Assembly (NCBI RefSeq): GCF_009914755.1
Contig: NC_060931.1
DNA: 64,000 bases
Reading direction: 5' to 3' (one strand)
DNA from: the human T2T-CHM13v2.0 reference genome, Homo sapiens
The notes under the pieces are model-generated. The model searched no databases. It had not been told where the DNA came from and worked only from the letters and a program-made list of their open reading frames with translations. This document shows positions 56,259 to 64,000 of the stretch, in pieces (positions within the stretch are counted from its first letter, which is position 1; every line of letters starts with the position of its first letter). Position numbers and translations under genes: made by a program.

Positions 56259-56587
56259 CAGGGGACTCCAACCCCCAGGCCTGGTCTTTTACTGGTCTGT
56301 GGCCTGTTAGGAACCTGGCCACACAGCAGGAAGTGAGTGACAGGCAAGCCAACATTAAGGCCTGAGCTCTGCCTCCTGTCAGATTAGCAGTGGCATTAGA
56401 TTCTCATAGGAGCACGAACCCTATTGTGAACTGCACATGCATGTGAGTGATCTAGGTTGCGAGCTCCTTATAAGAATCTAATGATATGAGGTGAAACAGT
56501 TTCATCCATTTCCCCCGCAACCCCCACCTCCTCTGTGGAAAAATTGCCTTCCCCAGAACCTGGTGCCAAAAAGGTTGGGTACTGCTG
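56259..56587. mobile_element. MER1B (hAT-Charlie MITE)
   Basis: caggggactccaacccc...ggtgccaaaaaggttgggtactgctg; degenerate 8-bp TSD gtttaatt/gtttagct. Confidence 0.85.
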
Positions 56588-59500
56588 GTTTAGCTGGTAA
56601 AGAGAGCATTGCATCCTCTCTTGGAATTTACTACCATGCAGACACAATGAAGATTGCCTAATGCCTGTAAGTAATATCACAGTTAATTTCATTTTAACTT
56701 TTATTATTTTACTCTTTTAAAAAAATATATATACAGTAGTATTCGCTGCTTTTGGCACAGAGTTCTTCAAGTTTTAATGTATGCATAGATTTTTGTTACC
56801 CTTATCTCACCTGGATACAGAACAATTGCAACATGCCAAAGAACTCCCTCATGTGGACGCTTTTAAGCAGACCCTTTCCCCTACTCTTAACTACTGGCAA
56901 CAACTGATTTATTCTCTGTTCCAGTCTTTTTGTTTGTTTGTTTGTTTGTGTTCTTCTGGAATATCGTATTATGGAATCATATGGTATGTAACCTTTTGGG
57001 ACTTACTTCTTTTATGCAGGAAAATGCCTTTGAGGTTCAGGCTGTGTTCTAGAATTCATTCATTTTTATTATTGAGTAGAATGCCTTTACATAGATGTAC
57101 CCATTTACTCATTAACCAACTAAAGCATATTTGGGGTATTTCCAGTTGGGGGCAATTATAAATAGTGCTGATTTAAACATTCATCTACATGTAGAAATTA
57201 AAAACATGTTCTGAATTTCTAAACAGAAATTAACTGTTCTGGAAAGAACAGTTAAAAGAATGCAAAGATAAGTTGCAGACTAGGAAAAATACTTGCAAAT
57301 CATCATGTATCCAGAATATAGAAAGTTGATTCTTGAATTATAGTAGAAAGTGTTTGCCTGAAACAAAAAAGAGAATGTTAGGGAAACCGAATGGTAATTT
57401 TCTGAAGCCAGACAGGATTACATTTTGTTTTGAAATGAAACAATAATTAGAACACTATAACATGGCTAGAACAATAATGTAAAATAATATGAAAGCTGAA
57501 AAGATGCCTAAATATGGGCCAGCTAGATTGTATTCATGAAAAAATAGGAGTAAGATATTTGATGTAAAATTTTAGCAGGGGAAGAAAGAGGTCATTGCCT
57601 TTATAGGGCTACTGCACACATTTGAAATATAAGAGCATCTGAGCATGAGCCCTGGCATTTGGAGAGCTTTAGATGTGGAAAACCAGGTCACAGAAGTGAT
57701 CAACCAAAATGCCATTATTCATAAAATATATGGAAAAGAGGGAGACGTTATTTCCTGGTTGTCTAAAGGCTGAACATATTAATATGACCAGAGAAGGGAA
57801 TGGGAATTGGAAAAAGAATTAAATCATAAATCACTTTGAACTCATATGGGTAGTTGATGTTAAAGGATCTGGGAAACAAGCATAAAATAATCTGTAGAGA
57901 GGGCAGTGAATGAGAAGGCATTTATGAAGGTGGTGGGAAAAAAGGACAACCAGGTGGTAAAAAAGAAATATGCACAAGTGGCAGATTGTGGCTATGAGTG
58001 TTTCGAGAGATGGCAATACCATTTCTGAGTGCTGTCCCAAGGACAAAGATATATACCATACTTAAAGGATAGCAGCAGCTGCACACATAGAAATAAAGAA
58101 ACTTACATAGCTTTCAGAAGGAACTGTCTTTGAGAAATTTAATGCTGGTTATCACATTTATTTTCCAGATGTTTTCTGAAATTAAACTGTGTTCAGCCCC
58201 TGCACTTTTTACTCCGATATTCTTTGGGAAACCATAATGTGAAGCAGACATTTCTAAAGAGAAGAGCATTTCTCCTTGTGGAATTGTGTTATAATTAGTG
58301 ATATCAAATAACTTATGAAAAACAATATGTTATAAAATAAAAAATAATGAGAGGTGATAGACAATGAAATGTGATAAACAACTATTATATTCTATTATGT
58401 GACTTAGTGCTTTGTAAACTCCAGAGATCATTTCAACAGTAAAATATGTCCTATATGCTAGGGCTCGAAGGAAACAATTATCTGCAATATTCTGTTGCAG
58501 ATAATCAACTGAACTTACAGGTCACTTAACTTAAAAAAATATGAGTAACAAGCTAATTTTTATCTTCTTACCTGTATGTCCATATCCCTATAATTTTATG
58601 TATATATATATATATGTACTTAAAACAGCAAATAAAAAAGAAAAAGACCTTGAGTTAAAAGCTGTTAGGGTAAAAAGGAGGCTGGTGGAATAAAACATTT
58701 GTAGTTTGGAAAACATCAGGTAGACTTGTGTTTGAATCTACACTTTATCACTTGGGCAAGTAACATTACCTGACAGAGACTATTTTTCATCTGAAAAATC
58801 GGGGTAAAATATCTATTTCCTAACTTGTTTGGGGAAGTTCAATAAAATATAGTGTACAGATTCTAGCAGAATGCCTTACACATAGAAGTTTCTTGAAAAA
58901 TTACAGATGATATTCTCCCTCTTTGATTGGTGTAGTATCACTCTTGCTAAACAATTGAAGCCCCACTTCTTGATCTTATAAACAAAATATTCTAACATTA
59001 TAGTTTAAGTCATTGAACCATCTTATAATTTATATGATATCATAGTTTTAAACTTAAATTGGAGTCTTTGGAAGATGTGTTTCCTCAAACTATTAATCCT
59101 CCACAAATTATGTGACACTCTCTTGCAGGAGAAGTGCCCACTAAAGACCTCCCACACCCATCCCACTGAAAAGAGACACAAAAGATTTGGAACCAGCAAA
59201 GGGCATTAGTGTCCAGCAAACATGTCATGGTCACGCATACCTCTGAGGCTTTAGTATTTGTGTTGAGTTCACTGAGAAAGTCTCCCCTTTCTTCTTTTAT
59301 TGAGTGCCTCATAAAAATTTAGAGGTACTTAATCACAGGATCCTGCAAGTGCAGGGTCACATTTCTTTTTTGTTCTTCAGATTCAATAGTCTTTATCAAT
59401 CTGTCTTCAGGGTTCACTAATTCTTGCCTCTGTCATCAATATTCTGCTCTTAATCCCATCCAATGAATTGCTTATTTCATATGTGTGTTATCAATTCTAA

Positions 59501-59672
59501 AAGATCCATTTGGTTCTTTTTTACATTTTCTATGTTTCTCCTGAAATTTTCTACCTTTTCAAAAATTATGATTTTAGTTTCCTTTGGGATACTAAGCCTA
59601 CTTGTAATAACTGCTTTAAAATCCTTGTCTGCTAATTACAACATGGTTTATCACTGAATGCTATCTGTTGAT

Positions 59673-59828
59673 TAGGGCTGGAACTTGCATGAGGCAAACA
59701 AGACACCTGGAACACAAATTTTAAGGATATCCTTACTCTCAGGTGCTGACCCACACTTGCAGGACCCTGTAAGTAAGTGCCTCTAAATTTTATGTTCTAG
59801 CTTGCCCAAGCCTAGTCCAGGCACCTGC
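59673..59828. mobile_element. MER96-like (hAT-Tip100) MITE within an old L1M
   Basis: agggctggaact...aaattttaagga...actctcagg...cctagtccaggcacctg. Confidence 0.5.
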
Positions 59829-61329
59829 TGTAAAGAGTCTCATTTTCTTGTTTCTCCATATATTGAGAAATTTTGGCATATATTCAAGGTATTTTGAATG
59901 TGGTATCACAGATGCTCTAGTTCTATTATGTTCTTCTAAAGTCTGTTGATTTTTTTCAAAGCAAGCAATTAACTTGGATGTACTCAAACTGTAAACTTTG
60001 TATTTTTGGCATCAGTTCAAAGTTCAAATCTCAGATTAGTTCTCTTTATCTAGCCTACTCTGAATTTGTCCTACTCATGTATGGTTAAGATTCAGCAAGA
60101 GATTTCAGTAGTCAAACAGTTTACTCAGACTTTCAGCTCACTCTCTTGCTTTCTCTTTTCTTGGGTTATCGCTCACTTTATACCAGCTTTTTTGTTTTGT
60201 CTTTTTCTCCAAACTCTGCCTTCTGGTTCTTTGAGTCAGAAAGAATATGCATTTATCGCCAGCTGCCAATGGTTGTTTGTCTTTAGTCTGGCAGTTACAG
60301 CAATAGAAAATTCACCCTGTGAACTTCCTTCTATGTGCTGACTCTCTGTGAATGTTCTCTGTGCAGTGCCTTCAAGTATTCCCCTCTCTGATGTTTATAG
60401 CTATCTGCAGGAAAGCTGATCAAATAGAAGCTTATTAAGAAATATAAATGCTACACCAGCAGTTCCTGAAAGGGATATTTTCTCTAAATTGATGAAGGAA
60501 ACAAGTAGGAGATTTGGCAAAATTAGTGTCTTCCCTTTATCTCATTGCTTTAGAGTTAATAAAACTTCATTACTTGAGATATGCTACAACTTGGCAAGAA
60601 GAGAAAAGGTAGGTAGGAAAAGGGCGTAGTTAAGGTTGGAGAAGGTTTTTAATCTTATATTATAGCTCCCTACAGAATAGTCAGAAATCTAAATCATTGC
60701 ATCCAAGCATGAGTTGCAATCTGTGTTCAGGATTGGCTGATGGTCTCATAGTGGGACTGATTTAAGGCTGTATGGTGGTTAAGAAGCATCTTAGGAAAAG
60801 ATGGTGGCTATAGTTAGCTATATGATGATGTTTCAAACCTGGAATTTATGTGAGTTATGATAAGATTATAGCGAGCAGAGGTTGGAATCTAAGCCTGTGG
60901 AGCTGACAGGAAGTAAGTAAGTATTAGTCAAATGGACTGGGGTTCAGACAGTCTCACCAGAGTTTGTTGTTTGCTTTGTTTTACAGGGGAAATTGGAGTA
61001 TAGTTAAATTTGTTAAGACAAAATTATCTTAAGAAAAACGGTGAAAAAATCACACTGGTATGAAGGAGAAAACTAAGGCTGCTGAGATACATACCATGTG
61101 TTGGATAATTTTTATATAGTAGCTTATTTTAACTTTTTGAATAAAATTGTTTTGGGGTTGTCCTTAAGCACACCAGGCTTGGAGCAAGAAAATAAGTTTT
61201 AAACTTCATTAAGAGAATGAGTCTTTCTTAGATTTTGTGGCACCTTGTGAAGGAGCATCAGTTTAAGGCCCTGGGTAGACCTACATTTATTGGTTGTTGG
61301 TCTTAAATCCCCACAGCTGGATGGAGCTT

Positions 61330-61635
61330 GAATGGCAGATTGCACATTTCCTAAGCTCAATGTTCCCTAGTTGTGTCACAGATTCTTTATGTGTGCATTA
61401 GTCAGTCACCTGGGTCTGCCTCTTCATTGCCCTGTGAAGCTGGTGGGGGCACAGCAAGCAGCATGAGCAAACATAAAGCTCATGCTGCTTGCTGTGCCAT
61501 AAGTAATAAACTATTTACATCCACTTGGATTCAGGGCTGTTTTGGGGCTTGCTGCGGGACTGATGTTGGCAAGCCTGCCATGGGAACGGAGATAGGCAAG
61601 TCTCCTAGCATGATCCTGGCTGGGAAGAACTATTC
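61330..61635 (+). mobile_element. Old ERVL-type LTR fragment (LTR33/40/41-like)
   Basis: gctcatgctgcttgctgtgcc-ataagtaataaa resembles the R/poly-A region of ERVL LTRs. Confidence 0.45.
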
Positions 61636-62726
61636 TTCAATCATAGATGAGAGGGGCTGGGGCTGAGATTCAGGGCTGTTTTGAGATCTGCTGTGGGTCT
61701 AAGTTTGTATACTTGGTGTATACAATTTTTATGTATTGATTGAAAAAAAATCGTTTTGGAGTGGTGATCTCCTTACTGGCCAAATTTATGGAAGTATTCC
61801 AAGCCAGCCTAGCAGAAGTCCTTGTGCTGCTGCTTAGGAATTGCTTGACTGCTTGACAGGCCAAAGGAAAACTGCAAAATATCACTGTTATGCCCTGTTC
61901 TGTCTCCCCTAAGTCTACTGTTGTATTAAGAGTTCTTTGACAAATCATGGGAAATTGCATAGTATAAATGTTCCAAGAAGTATTCAAATATAAGGAAATT
62001 GTTAATTGTCACTTATTATCCATATTTAGACAACTAGGTTGATTCATTAGCCTTAAATTTGGCATACTTATAAACGAATGTTTTTCTGTTCTTGGCCATC
62101 TCCTACCCCATTGCCAAACAAAATTGGTTTTTGTTATTTAAAGCATATTCTTAAAGTAGATATAGACTTCCCAGATCTGAGCTTCACATATTTAGAGAGG
62201 AAAATGTATTGTCATACATTTGACAACTTTTCTAATTTCATATGATTTGTTATGATGTGCTACATTTTATTAGATGAGGTAGCACATAAGAAATGAAACT
62301 GCCATATTGACATATCCCCAAAGAAGACTATTTAGGAAATTGAAAAAAAATTCTCATGCTTCTAGAAATCATGCTCTCTGGTTGAAATAACTCAATTTCT
62401 GATGAAGGATTTTAAATGAGTTGGATTTGTCTTTGAAAGGTTAGAAAAGATATGGAACACACTTATTGATTTTCCTAACAGAGCTTTAATAGGGACAGAA
62501 ATAGTTTCAAATCAATTCCCTTGCTAAAGATTTTAATACAGATAAAATATAGTATAAAAATTACTATGTCGACAGAAATAGCAAAATTAATATTCAAATT
62601 CAAACAACAGTTCACGTAAAGTAAATCATACCAAGTAACTCAGTTTCTTTGAATATATGAGAACTATGATGGCATGCTTTATTGTGAGTATTTTGCCAGT
62701 GTTCAATGGAGAAAGCTATATAGATT

Positions 62727-63090
62727 TGACATGGTTTGGCTGTGTTGCCACCCAAATCTCATCTTGAATTGTAGCTCCCATAATTCCCACATGTCGTGGG
62801 AGGTACCTGGTGGGAGCTAATTGAAAGATGGGGGCAGACCTTTCGCATGCTATTCTTGTGATAGTGAATACGTCTCGTGAGAGTTGATGGTTTTGTAAGG
62901 GGGTTTTCCCCTGGACATGCTCTCTTGCCTGCTGCCATGTAAGACGTGATTTTGCTCCTCATTCACCTTCCACCATGATTGTGAGGCCTCCCCAGCCATA
63001 TAGAACTGTGAGTCAATTAAACCTTTTTCCTTTATAAATTACCCAGTCTTGGGTATGTCTTTATTAGCAGTGTGAGAACAGACTAAAACA
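62727..63090 (+). mobile_element. THE1 MaLR solo LTR
   Basis: tgacatggtttggctgtg...caaatctcatcttgaattgtagctcccataattccc...gagaacagactaaaaca. Confidence 0.9.
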
Positions 63091-64000
63091 GTATTAAAAT
63101 TTAAAATAAAAATAGCACATGAGGTAAATATAGACAACTAATAACTGAATATAATTATATGTGCATTGGATAAGAAGGAAGACTAAATGGAGATTCATTA
63201 TAAAATAACATACATTAGGAAAAATAGAAATAAGGAAAATCATTATTCATGGTGAATAGCTGCCAAAATAACATGAACATAGAGAGTATCTGTCAAAGTC
63301 AAGTGTTACCAGCTTGTAGAGCCTTCTCTATATTATTTGATAGGTAAGTGATATAACTCTACCAATTGGAGTAAATATAAGTTGTACTAAATTTCTTTAG
63401 GGAAGAGAGTGAGCAATTATCTTCACATTTGAAGAAAAACTTCAGTTCAAGTGAATTAATGGTAATTTTGTTTATTGCTGCATGTTTAATATACTGGGGA
63501 CCTCACGAGACAGCGAGGTGGCTGAAAAGACTAGGATAATAATACAACAAAATCTGTATTGGATACATACCTCACAGATACTTCTATTCCACATTACCTT
63601 AGTGTTTTAGTCTCTTGATCCTTCTTGTCAATATAAAAAAGTGTTTCTTTTTGAAAACTTTAGCTGCTCTCTTTTTAATTTGAACCCAAGTAAGCATTCA
63701 ACTCACTGTATGCCTATTTAGAGATCTCAAAATCTTCAGTAGCTTTATTACTTATTCCTTGGGAACAAGATAGTTTATATTGTTAATGAGAACATTTTCC
63801 CTTCTGCAGCCAATATATTTATTTTATAAATACAGGCATGCCCTAAAATATTTCTGAGTAAATATTCCATTATTTAAATTTTACTCATGAGGTCTTTAAT
63901 GCCCTTCTTAGCCCCATTAAGCAGGCCACTCTTAAGGGCCATGATTTCTCTGAGGATTGACACAACCAGACTTAAGAATTGCCCAATCTAGGATTTTCCA

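Noticed and set aside
58477-58505. 11-bp perfect inverted repeat (attatctgcaa/ttgcagataat)
   Set aside because: Short and AT-rich with no supporting context.

Overview
Primate, almost certainly human, genomic DNA: it carries an AluYb8 and dense Alu, L1, L2, MER and MaLR repeats. The only protein-coding gene I can support is ANKRD7, a testis-expressed ankyrin-repeat gene of the ANKRD26/ANKRD30/POTE family, on the + strand. Six coding exons (4563-4741, 14163-14277, 14433-14606, 15773-15879, 16522-16658, 19641-19693) splice with GT-AG boundaries into a 765-nt, 254-aa ORF. A probable non-coding last exon (~22092-22430) ends at AATAAA. The remaining ~41 kb is repeat-rich and apparently intergenic. 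Main finding: an apparent compensated frameshift in ANKRD7, where a 1-nt loss in exon 5 is offset by an exon 6 acceptor 4 nt further upstream (TAG|ATAG|). This replaces ~17 residues of the ankyrin C-terminal consensus but restores the downstream frame. Other findings: a 5x tandem MYB-site array at the promoter, an inverted Alu pair formed by the young AluYb8 in the last intron, a recent 344-bp tandem duplication, a template-switch-like 64-bp-arm inverted repeat, a perfect 21-bp hairpin in an old LTR, and an AT-rich block bounded by 21-bp direct repeats. Repeat subfamily calls are by eye and approximate.
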